Positions 53,962 to 62,813 of a stretch of 64,000 bases of DNA are shown here, in pieces. The notes under the pieces are model-generated. The model did no database searches and was not told the origin of the DNA. It worked only from the letters and a program-made list of their open reading frames with translations. Source of the DNA: a virus (taxonomy: Duplodnaviria; Caudoviricetes). The position numbers and the translations under genes are program-made. Position 1 is the first letter of the stretch. The number at the start of each line of letters is the position of its first letter. The stretch spans positions 26,497 to 90,496 of the IMG/VR virus record IMGVR_UViG_3300043753_000023; one strand, 5' to 3'.

Positions 53962-54126
53962 ATGTCCAAGTCCAAGATGGGAGCAGCGCTGCTCTCCTGC
54001 ACTGCCGCCATAGCCGCGATCCTGCTTGCCGCCAGTCCCAGCACCGCCAGTACCGGATCCACGCCGTCATCGGTCACCAGCATCAGCCCCTCCGCGAGTC
54101 CGCTCGACAGCAACTGGGGCGGCTGA
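53962..54126 (+). CDS. 54-aa secreted peptide ending DSNWGG
   Basis: AAGGGA RBS; basic N-terminus, hydrophobic core, Ser/Thr/Pro spacer, polar W-containing tail. Confidence 0.7.
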   Translation: MSKSKMGAALLSCTAAIAAILLAASPSTASTGSTPSSVTSISPSASPLDSNWGG

Positions 54127-54253
54127 GCAGCGCGCACAAGCCCCGGCGCCGCCGATGCGGTGCCGGGGCACCCTACCGGGTCCGGAGGTCCTGCTGGTGC
54201 GCCTGAATAGCCTTACCAAGTCGCCCAAGCCGCACTTTGAGGAACCGGAGTTC

Positions 54254-54463
54254 GTGAGCACTCAGGACAGGGCCATGCGCAGTCTCAGCGTCAGCCAGCA
54301 GGCCCGTCTGCGGCTCGCTAGGAGTCGGCTCAAGGAGACGCTTGCGGTGGATCACAGCAGGGCTGACGGCGTCGATCTGCTATTCACTATCGATCGCCTC
54401 GTTGCGGTTGTCGAGGATCTCGTGAGCCTCGCGGAGGAGGACGGGGCGCCGGACGGCCGTTGA
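54254..54463 (+). CDS. Small hypothetical protein
   Basis: GGAG RBS; helical; start uncertain. Confidence 0.55.
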   Translation: MSTQDRAMRSLSVSQQARLRLARSRLKETLAVDHSRADGVDLLFTIDRLVAVVEDLVSLAEEDGAPDGR

Positions 54464-54473
54464 GCTGCGTGTC

Positions 54474-54509
54474 CCTTAGGGATACTGCCCAACAGCAGTA
54501 TCCCTAAGG
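54474..54509. terminator. 15-bp perfect inverted repeat (bidirectional terminator and/or att-related)
   Basis: CCTTAGGGATACTGC-N6-GCAGTATCCCTAAGG overlapping the integrase stop. Confidence 0.65.
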
Positions 54510-56084
54510 AACGCTATCCGCGCCGTCCTCCAATGGGGCACCCGCTCCCTCTTCGTCCATCCAGACCGGGACGATTTCCAGCCCTCCCTCTGGGAAGATG
54601 TAGACCGCCCGAATGAGCTTCCTGAGCAGGGAGTTGGCGCGGGCGGGAGGGATCGTATCCCACTCCGCGTGCAGGTCCGCTGCCGCTGCCATCGCCTCAG
54701 CGATAAGATCGTCCTGTGCCGCTTCGCGCTCGACGACCGTCTCCAGGTCTCCCACCCGACCCGAAAGCGCCACCTTCTCCGCTCGAAGGTTCGCCAGGGT
54801 TTGCAGGTACTCCTTTTCCAGCGCCCCGTCCGGGTCATCGTCCTCAGCCATGGCGTATGCCCGCATGTGCTTGCCGATCGCCCGCTCAATCCGGCTGACC
54901 TGCTCCTGAAGCTCAGCAAGGCTTTCCCGGGGCACGGTCACCGGCTGAGTCGGCACAGGAAGGTGCCGAGCATCCTCGCCAATCTCCCCAGCAACCTTCC
55001 CCAGCCAGTCGCAGATGCTGGCCTCGACCAGGCTCGACAGCCTGGACGTTCCCCGGCAAGCAATCGGCCCGTGTCGCCGACGTGCACCACAGAGGATCGA
55101 CTGTTTGCTGCCGCTTCGCACGGCCGATCCGCCGCACAGGCCGCATCGAGTCAGGCCTGTCATCGGATAGACCGCACCACGTAGGCGAGGCGCCAGGGAT
55201 CCAACCGACCGACGCTGGCGCAGGTAGGCCTCCCACTCTTCGGGCGTGACGATCGCCGGGTGCTGACCCGGGATGAGGTTGTGATTCGGGCAGGCGGTAG
55301 AGTAGGGCTGATCTGTACATTTCGGGTCGTGAACTCGGAGGAATCCGGCGGCAAATCCTGAATCTAGGTAGCGCTGCAGGGTCCTAGGCCCCCAGAGGGC
55401 GCCGCGCGTGGTGCACTGCCCGTTCATATTGAGCCATGCGGATAGCACCGGAAAGCCGGTCCCACCGGCATATCGCCGATATAGGGAAGCAACGATGTCC
55501 TTAACGTCGTCGTCAAGCTCGTATCGCTCTTCCTGCACGGTGACCTGGCCGTTGGGGGCATATGTCTTCCGGGGATACCAGGTGTACCCGTAGCGCGGCC
55601 TCCCGGCAGAGGGTAGGCCCTGCGTACGACGGTGGTCGTGGGTTTCCCTCCACTGCTCGCCGGCACGCTCACTTTCGAGGGCATTGAGCTCCATAATCAC
55701 GCCGCGCTGGAATCGACCAAAGGAGGTCCGCGTGTCTACTTCCTCCGTGGCGGAGAGAAGTTGACCGCCAACCCCCTCAACCCTTGCCAGGTTGGCCGTC
55801 ACCCCGACGCGCGTGCGGCCGAATCGCGAAAACTTCCAGACGGCGATGACCCTCGCCTCGCCCGCTTCAACGCGCTCGATCGCCCTCATGATCTTGCGTT
55901 TAAAGTTGCGGCCGGTTTTGTCGAGGTCTTCGACCCAGTCAATGATGCGATGTCCTGTTCGAGTCGCCCATTGCTGAATTGCTCCGCGCTGCAGCTCCGG
56001 TGAGATCATCTCTTCGCGAGCCGTGCTCACCCGGATGTATCCAATCGCCGGGATAAGCTCGTCGGATGCCTCTTGCGCCGGCAT
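54504..56084 (-). CDS. Large serine recombinase (integrase)
   Basis: AIGYIRVST catalytic motif, WKFSRFGR, recombinase domain, CGLCG Zn ribbon, coiled coil. Confidence 0.96.
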   Translation of the reverse strand: MPAQEASDELIPAIGYIRVSTAREEMISPELQRGAIQQWATRTGHRIIDWVEDLDKTGRNFKRKIMRAIERVEAGEARVIAVWKFSRFGRTRVGVTANLARVEGVGGQLLSATEEVDTRTSFGRFQRGVIMELNALESERAGEQWRETHDHRRTQGLPSAGRPRYGYTWYPRKTYAPNGQVTVQEERYELDDDVKDIVASLYRRYAGGTGFPVLSAWLNMNGQCTTRGALWGPRTLQRYLDSGFAAGFLRVHDPKCTDQPYSTACPNHNLIPGQHPAIVTPEEWEAYLRQRRSVGSLAPRLRGAVYPMTGLTRCGLCGGSAVRSGSKQSILCGARRRHGPIACRGTSRLSSLVEASICDWLGKVAGEIGEDARHLPVPTQPVTVPRESLAELQEQVSRIERAIGKHMRAYAMAEDDDPDGALEKEYLQTLANLRAEKVALSGRVGDLETVVEREAAQDDLIAEAMAAAADLHAEWDTIPPARANSLLRKLIRAVYIFPEGGLEIVPVWMDEEGAGAPLEDGADSVP

Positions 56085-56097
56085 GGTGACCCCCTTG

Positions 56098-56661
56098 CTA
56101 GGGCTGCAACTTGCCGCCCGTCCCAGCTGTCGTGACGTCAGATCCTACGCTGCGTGCTGGCATGGGGATAACGATTGCGCCCCCGGCGGATTGCGGCGCG
56201 CCGAGGATGATGCCGCGCCGGCCGACGTCGTAGCCGAGGGCCCACCCCTGGCGCTTGAGGTCGGATTCGCGGTCTTCGAGTTCATCTGCCAGCGCTGCGC
56301 GCTCCGCTGCGATCAGCTCGGCTGCCTTGCGCTCCATCTCTGCCACCTGCGCGCAGAGGTGTTCGGCCTCCCTGTCGAGAAGGGCCCGGGCTGCGACGTA
56401 CTTCATGTGGAGAGCCTGGGCAGCTTCCTGCTCGGCTTGGAGGCGGCTGCGCTCGTGGGCGGTGTCGCGGATGGCGCGTTCAACTACTCGGAGCGCGCGG
56501 GCGGCGCTGCCGAGGATCACGAGGGCGATGCCGGTTGCGGCCTGGGCGGCCGAGTCGGTGGTCAGTGATAGGACGAGTACTGCAGCACCAGACGCCAGGC
56601 CAGCGTATGGGACTTGCCGCTTGATGGTGTCTGAGATGCCGTGCGCCACGTCGCTCCCCAC
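56098..56661 (-). CDS. Membrane protein with coiled coil, co-transcribed with repressor and integrase
   Basis: Two N-terminal hydrophobic segments; GGAGG RBS. Confidence 0.7.
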   Translation of the reverse strand: MGSDVAHGISDTIKRQVPYAGLASGAAVLVLSLTTDSAAQAATGIALVILGSAARALRVVERAIRDTAHERSRLQAEQEAAQALHMKYVAARALLDREAEHLCAQVAEMERKAAELIAAERAALADELEDRESDLKRQGWALGYDVGRRGIILGAPQSAGGAIVIPMPARSVGSDVTTAGTGGKLQP

Positions 56662-56662
56662 G

Positions 56663-57097
56663 CTATGTCGCTACCGCTCCTCCCGCCCCACCCTCGGACT
56701 CGGCGGGACGGAGGCGACGGACCCGGCGTTCGACGTCCCGGATGAAGCCTGCACGCTCATCTGGATCGTGGATGCCTAGCTGGTCCGCGGCTTGCGCAGC
56801 AGTGATTGGCTGAGATCGTACGCCTGTTTGGCGCGGATGGAGCAGGGATTCGGACGAGAGAATTCCTGTTTCGATGAGCATGTTCCCTACAGGAACGCCG
56901 AGGGCCTCCGCGAGGGGCTCGTAGAACTCGGGGCTTGGGGTGGCTTTTCCATCGAGCCATCGGGCGACGCTTGAGGGGCTGGCGCCGAGCTTGGTGGCGA
57001 GTGTCATGCGGCCGCCACCTCGCTGTCTGTCGATGTCCATGCCGGCCGCGCGCATGGCGTCGGCCAGCCATGCCGCAAAGCGCTCGTTGAGTGTCAT
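56663..57097 (-). CDS. XRE-family immunity repressor
   Basis: LATKLGASPSSVARWLDG...LAEALGV; divergent from the Cro-like gene. Confidence 0.85.
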   Translation of the reverse strand: MTLNERFAAWLADAMRAAGMDIDRQRGGGRMTLATKLGASPSSVARWLDGKATPSPEFYEPLAEALGVPVGNMLIETGILSSESLLHPRQTGVRSQPITAAQAADQLGIHDPDERAGFIRDVERRVRRLRPAESEGGAGGAVAT

Positions 57098-57140
57098 GGG
57101 ATTGTCACCCCTTCCATGAGCCGCAGAGTAGCGGACTGGC

Positions 57141-57342
57141 TTCCCCGCTTGGGAGTACTTCCACTAGTGGAACCCCTGAGGTCGAGGCCAAGGCTACCTC
57201 TCGGCCATCGTGCACGTGCATGCGGCTCGCCCTTGGCATATGCCAGTGGCCCCCCTCTATTTCCATGCATGGAAGTACTTGCGCTCATGGCATCAGCGGC
57301 CTACGGTTACTTCCACAAGCGGAAGTAATGCTGCTAGTGGAA
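57141..57342. promoter_or_regulatory. Operator array TTCC-N6-GGAA (lambda OR-like switch)
   Basis: TTCCACTAGTGGAA 57159-57172, TTCCATGCATGGAA 57261-57274, TTCCACAAGCGGAA 57311-57324, imperfect site 57141-57154. Confidence 0.85.
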
Positions 57343-57357
57343 CTAGAGAGGAGAGTC

Positions 57358-57606
57358 ATGGCCCACCAGCTCAACATTCAGAACCTGCGCGAGGCCGCCG
57401 CCTCCTTCGGCGACGACACCAATACGGCGATCGCCAAGCGCGCCGGTCTTGGCGAGGCCACCATCTCCCGGCTCTTCAATGGCACCTGCCAGCCCCGAGC
57501 GGCCACACTGAATCGACTGCTCATGGCCTATCGGCTGACGATCGGCCAGCTCATGACCGATGACAGCGAGCGCGACGCCGACGACGGCCTGCAGGTGGCG
57601 GCATGA
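57358..57606 (+). CDS. Cro-like HTH protein
   Basis: IAKRAGLGEATISRLFNG; GAGGAG RBS. Confidence 0.85.
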   Translation: MAHQLNIQNLREAAASFGDDTNTAIAKRAGLGEATISRLFNGTCQPRAATLNRLLMAYRLTIGQLMTDDSERDADDGLQVAA

Positions 57607-57848
57607 CGCCCGCCCAGGAGAGGCGTCGGCGAGTAGCCATACGCGGAGCCGCCCTCGACTACGTCGAGATCCGCGCCGAACGCGACGCACTCAGCCCGCG
57701 CGCCGCCGCCGAGGCGGCCTGGTACCCGGGGCATCGTCTCGGAAGCATCGAGGCGATCGAAGCGCTGATCATCCGCCAGCGCGAGCAGGCACTCGCGGCC
57801 CTGCGAGCGAAGCAGTCCCCCGTGGCGAATCTGCCGCTCGCCGCCTGA
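57603..57848 (+). CDS. Hypothetical protein
   Basis: ATGA coupling. Confidence 0.7.
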   Translation: MTPAQERRRRVAIRGAALDYVEIRAERDALSPRAAAEAAWYPGHRLGSIEAIEALIIRQREQALAALRAKQSPVANLPLAA

Positions 57849-57939
57849 CAACGAAACGGGCCGCGCCAGGTGTGCGACCACCGGGCACGGCCCTAGACCC
57901 ACCACATCTCTCGAATCACCCGAGAAAGCGAGGCAGGCC

Positions 57940-58206
57940 ATGAGTCAGCCTACCCGGCCGACGATCACGGTCGGCACGATCCACGAGCTCAACCAGCACT
58001 ACGCGCGGGGCAAGTGCAGCCTTGCAATCAGCAGTCGCACCGAGATGCGTGACGGCCAGCTGTTCGGCCTCGGCGGTCTCGACTGGCTGCTCGTCACCCC
58101 GGCCGCATGCTACGAGACGGTCACCGCCGAGTACGAGGCTCTGCCCGACCTGCCGGTGGTGCGGGACGGCTGGCCGTTCGCGTCCTTCGAGGCGGTGGCG
58201 GCGTGA
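57940..58206 (+). CDS. Hypothetical protein
   Basis: GAGG RBS. Confidence 0.7.
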   Translation: MSQPTRPTITVGTIHELNQHYARGKCSLAISSRTEMRDGQLFGLGGLDWLLVTPAACYETVTAEYEALPDLPVVRDGWPFASFEAVAA

Positions 58207-58370
58207 GTGCCATCTTGAGGCCGCTGGCCCACAGCGAGACCGCCCTGGTAATCGCATTCTGCGACCACTACGGCGACGACCCGCAGGCCTGGTCGAAGCG
58301 GACCCGCCGTCAGCTGCGGAAGGCGCTCGCGCACTGCCGCAAGTGCGCCCGACACGGCGGTGCGTCGTGA
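58203..58370 (+). CDS. Small hypothetical protein
   Basis: GTGA coupling. Confidence 0.55.
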   Translation: MSAILRPLAHSETALVIAFCDHYGDDPQAWSKRTRRQLRKALAHCRKCARHGGAS

Positions 58371-58648
58371 AGGTCCTCGCGTTCCGCCGCCCTGTCCGGC
58401 GCCCGGTTGCGACGGTGGCTCCCCACCGCTGCCGCTGCGTCGTGCACCACTTCGTCACGCGGGTTGAGCGTGACGTGGCCGAGGCTGGCATCGCCCAGGC
58501 CAAGGCCAACCGCGACCCCGACCGCGCCGCCTTCCTGCAGCTGCAGTTGGACAAGGCCAGCCACTGCCCCGCCTACCGGGGCCAGACCTGCCCGTGCGGC
58601 TGCGGCCGCAAGATCAGTGAGCACTCCGAGCCGATGGGAGCCGCATGA
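58367..58648 (+). CDS. Cys-rich hypothetical protein
   Basis: GTGA coupling; CPCGCG. Confidence 0.55.
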   Translation: MKVLAFRRPVRRPVATVAPHRCRCVVHHFVTRVERDVAEAGIAQAKANRDPDRAAFLQLQLDKASHCPAYRGQTCPCGCGRKISEHSEPMGAA

Positions 58649-59085
58649 TGACACCGCAGTGGGTGAAGTGCCGCGCCGAGATGATGCTCGCCGGTGCGAG
58701 TGGTACGCCGGCCGAGATGGTGGAGCTGCTGGACGAGGCCGGGCTGCTCCTGCCCTGCGCCAGCACCGTCCCGGGCGGGCTGCCGGTCACGATCCGGCCT
58801 ACGGGCCTGGGTGTTCAGCTCGGGGTCCATGCTCTGGTTGCCGCGCTCCTCGCCGCGTTGGCAGCGGAGAGTGCCGCGGACCCGGAGGGCGTCGCCGAGG
58901 AGCTGGCCGAGATTGACGGCGCGGCTGGCCCGGAGCGCGATGAGCTGCTCCAGGGTCTGGTGGAGCGGCTGGGTGGGGCCATGCTGTCGCTGGGTGCGAC
59001 GGCGGCGCGGGACCTCTCCGAACGGGTGCGGGTGGCAGCCGGTCCGGTCTTCCCGGCGCAGCAGAGGCGGAGGGACGCCGCGTGA
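58645..59085 (+). CDS. Hypothetical protein
   Basis: Coupled. Confidence 0.7.
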   Translation: MMTPQWVKCRAEMMLAGASGTPAEMVELLDEAGLLLPCASTVPGGLPVTIRPTGLGVQLGVHALVAALLAALAAESAADPEGVAEELAEIDGAAGPERDELLQGLVERLGGAMLSLGATAARDLSERVRVAAGPVFPAQQRRRDAA

Positions 59086-59966
59086 CCACGCTCGCTCCCG
59101 AAGCCATCGCCACCGGCCCCGAGCCGGTCATCATCACCGAACCCGGCATCTACGGTATCCCGAACGACGTGTACCACGCCGATCGCACCTCGCTGTCCTC
59201 GACCGGCGCCCGGAAGCTCCTCAGCTCAACGCCGGCCCAGTTCAGGTACGACCTCGATCACCCCGAGCCGCCGAAGAAGGCGTTCGACATCGGCACCGCC
59301 GCGCACCGCCTGGTGCTCGGCGACGGGCCCGAACTGATCCTGGTCGACCACCTGATGTGGAACACGAAGCAGGCCAAGGCCGAAGTCGCCGCGGCTCGCG
59401 AGGCTGGTGCCGTGCCGCTGAAGCGGGAGGACTGGGATCAGGTCCACGCGATGGCCGCAGAGTTGCGCCGTCACCCGCTGGCCGCCGCCCTATTCGACAC
59501 GGACTACGGCAAGCCCGAGCAATCCCTGTTCTGGACGGACAAGACCACCGGCGTCCCGTGCCGGGCCCGTCTGGACTGGCTCGACAACGCCCGCGGTGGC
59601 CGGCTGCTCCTGCCGGACCTGAAGACCGCGATCAACGCGTCCACGGCGAAGTTCGAGAAGGCCGTCCTCGACCACCGGTACGACCAGCAGGCCGACCACT
59701 ACACCGACGGCGTGCTGCAGCTGGGCCTGGCCGACGAGGTGAGCTTCCTGTTCGTCGTCCAGGAGAAGCAGCCCCCGTACCCGGTGAACGTGATCGAGCT
59801 GGCCACCCCGTGGCTACAGATGGCTGCCGAACGCAACCGGCGGGCCCGGGAGATCTACGCCGAGTGCACCGAGTCCGGCGTGTGGCCCGGCTACAAGGCC
59901 GAGGTTGCGATGGCTTCCGCTCCGGACTGGCTGCTGACCATGCATGAGCGCGAGTACCGGCTGTGA
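59082..59966 (+). CDS. PD-(D/E)XK exonuclease (RecE/ExoVIII-like)
   Basis: YHAD...LSST, GTAAH, PEQSLFW, CRARLDW, DLKT, YDQQA. Confidence 0.88.
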   Translation: MTTLAPEAIATGPEPVIITEPGIYGIPNDVYHADRTSLSSTGARKLLSSTPAQFRYDLDHPEPPKKAFDIGTAAHRLVLGDGPELILVDHLMWNTKQAKAEVAAAREAGAVPLKREDWDQVHAMAAELRRHPLAAALFDTDYGKPEQSLFWTDKTTGVPCRARLDWLDNARGGRLLLPDLKTAINASTAKFEKAVLDHRYDQQADHYTDGVLQLGLADEVSFLFVVQEKQPPYPVNVIELATPWLQMAAERNRRAREIYAECTESGVWPGYKAEVAMASAPDWLLTMHEREYRL

Positions 59967-60913
59967 CCGCCCCCAATGACCGTCAGACGAAGGACTGTTT
60001 CGTGACCGACCTCGCCATCCCCGAGTCCCCTGCCTCGCTGACAGTCGCTCGGCAGCCGGCCGTGTATGCGCCGGTCGCCCGCTCAATCGCCGACTGGGCG
60101 CACGAAGCCGACCTCGCCTACCAACTCGCCGAGCGCCTTGCGACCACCTCCTTCATCCCGTCCACGATGCGCGGCAAGGTCGGCGACATCACCGCCTGCC
60201 TCCTGGCGGGCAACGAGCTCGGCTTGCCGCCCATGGCCGCGCTGAAGTCCATGGACGTCATCCACGGCACCCCCGGTCTGCGGGCGCATGCCATGCGGGC
60301 GCTTCTGCAGTCGCACGGTCACGAGATCGAGCTGATCGAGTCGTCGGACACGGTGTGCCGCATGCGCGGTCGCCGGCGCGGCGCGGAGGCGTGGCAGGAG
60401 GTCGTGTGGACGATCGCCCGGGCCCAGCTGGCCGGTTTCGTGGCGAAGAACTCGAACTACAAGACGCAGCCCGCGAACATGCTGGTCGCCCGTTGCACGG
60501 GCGAGATCTCCCGGCTGATCGCGTCGGACGCATTGCACGGTGTGCCGTATACGGCGGAGGAACTGCGGGACTCGCAGCCGCGGGTGACCGCAGTGCAGGC
60601 GGGCGCGCCGGTGACGGCAGCAGAGATTCTGTCACGGCGCGGGCCGGCGCCGCAGGAAATCGCTCCCGCCGCGGAGCCCACGGACGACACGGACGGTGGG
60701 ACTACTGACGAGAGCGAGCCGGTCGAGGGCGAGGTGTACGACGAGGCTGACGCCCTGTGGGACCAGATCGTCGCGGCGGCCGCCGAGCACGGTTGGTCGG
60801 CGGAGCAAACGGAGCAGGAGTTCGTGAAGGGGTCCGTGGGCGTTCCCGTCGCCATGGCGCCGCTCGAGACTCTGCGGGCCTTCTATGCGCACCTGACGGG
60901 CGGTGCGGCGTGA
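59963..60913 (+). CDS. RecT-like ssDNA annealing protein
   Basis: GNELGLPPMAAL...WTIARAQLAG...QPANMLVAR; follows the exonuclease; start may be GTG 60002. Confidence 0.7.
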   Translation: MTAPNDRQTKDCFVTDLAIPESPASLTVARQPAVYAPVARSIADWAHEADLAYQLAERLATTSFIPSTMRGKVGDITACLLAGNELGLPPMAALKSMDVIHGTPGLRAHAMRALLQSHGHEIELIESSDTVCRMRGRRRGAEAWQEVVWTIARAQLAGFVAKNSNYKTQPANMLVARCTGEISRLIASDALHGVPYTAEELRDSQPRVTAVQAGAPVTAAEILSRRGPAPQEIAPAAEPTDDTDGGTTDESEPVEGEVYDEADALWDQIVAAAAEHGWSAEQTEQEFVKGSVGVPVAMAPLETLRAFYAHLTGGAA

Positions 60914-61749
60914 GTATCAACCACGCTTTGGAGGCCGAGCGATGCCTGTCGAAGGCGTCGTGGACGCGCGGCAACGGCGCGGGCGCCGAATTCGTGAACC
61001 CGGAGACAGCTGCCGTACTCGCGTCGCTGGCGCAAGCGCACGCCACGTTGGCGCATCTGCCGGAGCAGCAGGCTGAAACGGTCGAGCAGTTGCGGAAGGC
61101 TCGGCGCGATCTGGCCGCAATGCGGGAGATCGTCGGCAACTTCGCCGGCTCGGCTCTGATTGACGAGCCCTCTGTCGCGAGGCCAGCGGCGATCCTGGCG
61201 CGGGCGCTGCGGGATCGGGGCCTGTCGGTCGATGACCAGATCGCGGCCCGCGTGGAGAGTCGCGGGTTTTCCTGCGATCCCCACGCCGAGATTGCGGTGG
61301 ATGAGGTGGCGGCGGGAGCCGCCTGCACGGATGAGCAGGTGAAGACCACGCTCGACGTCGTCGCCCGCCAGCTGATCAGAATGGCGACCAGCTGGGAGAA
61401 CCGGGTCCGTGCAAGCGCTCGCGAGTTCGCGCACGAGCTCGACGAGGCCGGCGTCAACATCGACCGCCGGATGGACGAGATCGCGCAGGAAACCGGCTGT
61501 GGGCCCAACCTGTACGACGCGTTCGACTTCCGCTACGACCTGACCCGCCAGTGGTCGGACCGCAGCGGCAAGCGGTGGGAGCACACCGGCAGTTGGTCCG
61601 ACGTGGGCGGCCCGGTCATGCGCCGCGACGAGCCGGATGGCGAGTCGATGGTTCTGGTCGAGCTGATCCGTGAACGCGGCCCCCTGCACCTGGTCGTGCC
61701 GCCGCCGCGCTCCCCCGTCGTCCGCAAGGACGAACTGCCCCCGTTCTGA
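60910..61749 (+). CDS. phiSA1p31-like domain protein
   Basis: C-terminal YDLTRQWSDRSGKRWEHTG...GPVMR...RERGPL. Confidence 0.6.
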   Translation: MSINHALEAERCLSKASWTRGNGAGAEFVNPETAAVLASLAQAHATLAHLPEQQAETVEQLRKARRDLAAMREIVGNFAGSALIDEPSVARPAAILARALRDRGLSVDDQIAARVESRGFSCDPHAEIAVDEVAAGAACTDEQVKTTLDVVARQLIRMATSWENRVRASAREFAHELDEAGVNIDRRMDEIAQETGCGPNLYDAFDFRYDLTRQWSDRSGKRWEHTGSWSDVGGPVMRRDEPDGESMVLVELIRERGPLHLVVPPPRSPVVRKDELPPF

Positions 61750-61756
61750 TCAAGCC

Positions 61757-61789
61757 GGGGCGGTGCCCGCCCGAATCGGGCACCGCCCC
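61757..61789 (+). terminator. Hairpin
   Basis: 13-bp stem GGGGCGGTGCCCG/CGGGCACCGCCCC. Confidence 0.6.
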
Positions 61790-61825
61790 ACCCACTGATC
61801 TTCCCTCACGAAAGGAGGTGACCCC

Positions 61826-62596
61826 TTGAATCTCAACAAGATCCGCCGCGCTGGCTTCGACACCGAGACCACCGGCACCGACCCGGAGGAGGCCCGGATC
61901 GTCACCGCGGCTCTCATCGTCCGTGGCGGCGGCAAGGACGACCAGACGTTCACCTGGCTAATCAACCCGGGCGTGCCGATCCCCGCGGAGGCGACCGCCG
62001 TGCACGGCATCGACGACGCCAAAGCCCAGACTGAGGGCCTTGATCCGAAGGTCGCCCTCGAAGACATCGCGGGCAAGCTGGCCGCCGCCCTCAACTACGG
62101 CATGCCGATCGTGGCGTTCAACCTGGCCTACGACTGGACCGTACTGGACAGGGAGTTGCGCCGACACGGGCTCGCCACGATGGCCGAACGCCTCGGCGGC
62201 AAGCCGATGCTGCCGCTGGTCGACGCGCACGTCATCGACAAGCAGGTCATCAGGTTCCGTACGGGCAGCGGCATGCGGAAGCTGAAGCCGACCGCCGAGG
62301 TGTACGGCGTGGAGCTGGAGGACTGGCACACCGCCGAAGCGGACGCCCTCGCGGCTCTGCTAATCGCGGAGGCCCAGTTCGACCAATATCCGTGGCTGGC
62401 GATGCTCGGTGCCGCCGGCCTGTATGGCGCGCAGTGGGCGTGGAGGCAGGAGCAGCAAGCGGGACTGCAGGAGTGGTTCCGGACGAAGGCGACCGCGGAG
62501 CAGGGCGGCGACCCGCAGAAGGTGATTGACGGATCGTGGCCGCTCATCCCTCTGCCGGCGGTGGTGGCCTCGGGGCCCGTCCTCCCGCCAACGTAG
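61826..62596 (+). CDS. DnaQ-like 3'-5' exonuclease
   Basis: FDTETTG, AFNLAYD, HTAEADA. Confidence 0.9.
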   Translation: MNLNKIRRAGFDTETTGTDPEEARIVTAALIVRGGGKDDQTFTWLINPGVPIPAEATAVHGIDDAKAQTEGLDPKVALEDIAGKLAAALNYGMPIVAFNLAYDWTVLDRELRRHGLATMAERLGGKPMLPLVDAHVIDKQVIRFRTGSGMRKLKPTAEVYGVELEDWHTAEADALAALLIAEAQFDQYPWLAMLGAAGLYGAQWAWRQEQQAGLQEWFRTKATAEQGGDPQKVIDGSWPLIPLPAVVASGPVLPPT

Positions 62597-62811
62597 TTCC
62601 TGAACTCGCGGGCCAGCGGCTGACGCTGGCGCTGCTGGCCCGCGGCAAGGACTTCCCCGAGATCGCCAAGACGACCGGCATGACGGTCAACCAGGCCCGG
62701 GTCCATCTCCGGGACGCGCTCACGAAGTACGGCGCCCTCAACGCCACCCACGCGGTCGCCCTGGCCATCGCCGCCGGCGACCTACCCCCAGACATCGCAC
62801 TCCAGGAGTAG
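62536..62811 (+). CDS. Small LuxR-type HTH protein
   Basis: LALLARGKDFPEIAK...LTKYGALNATHAVALA; start uncertain. Confidence 0.65.
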   Translation: MAAHPSAGGGGLGARPPANVVPELAGQRLTLALLARGKDFPEIAKTTGMTVNQARVHLRDALTKYGALNATHAVALAIAAGDLPPDIALQE

Positions 62812-62813
62812 CC

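Larger units (their letters stand above)
1..54463. mobile_element. Temperate siphovirus prophage segment A (replication, GntR control region, head/tail, lysis, accessory genes); left end outside window
   Basis: Terminase, portal, capsid, tail, tape measure and endolysin in canonical order plus DnaB and an initiator with iterons; the right boundary is inferred from the convergent junction with the integrase. Confidence 0.85.

Noticed and set aside
45409-56084. bldA-dependent TTA codon control of helicase, LuxR regulator or integrase
   Set aside because: The TAA/TTA strings I checked fall out of frame; no in-frame TTA was confirmed, though the check was not exhaustive
59082-59966. Cas4 / CRISPR adaptation gene
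   Set aside because: PD-(D/E)XK motif without the four-Cys Fe-S cluster pattern, and paired with an annealase as in RecET
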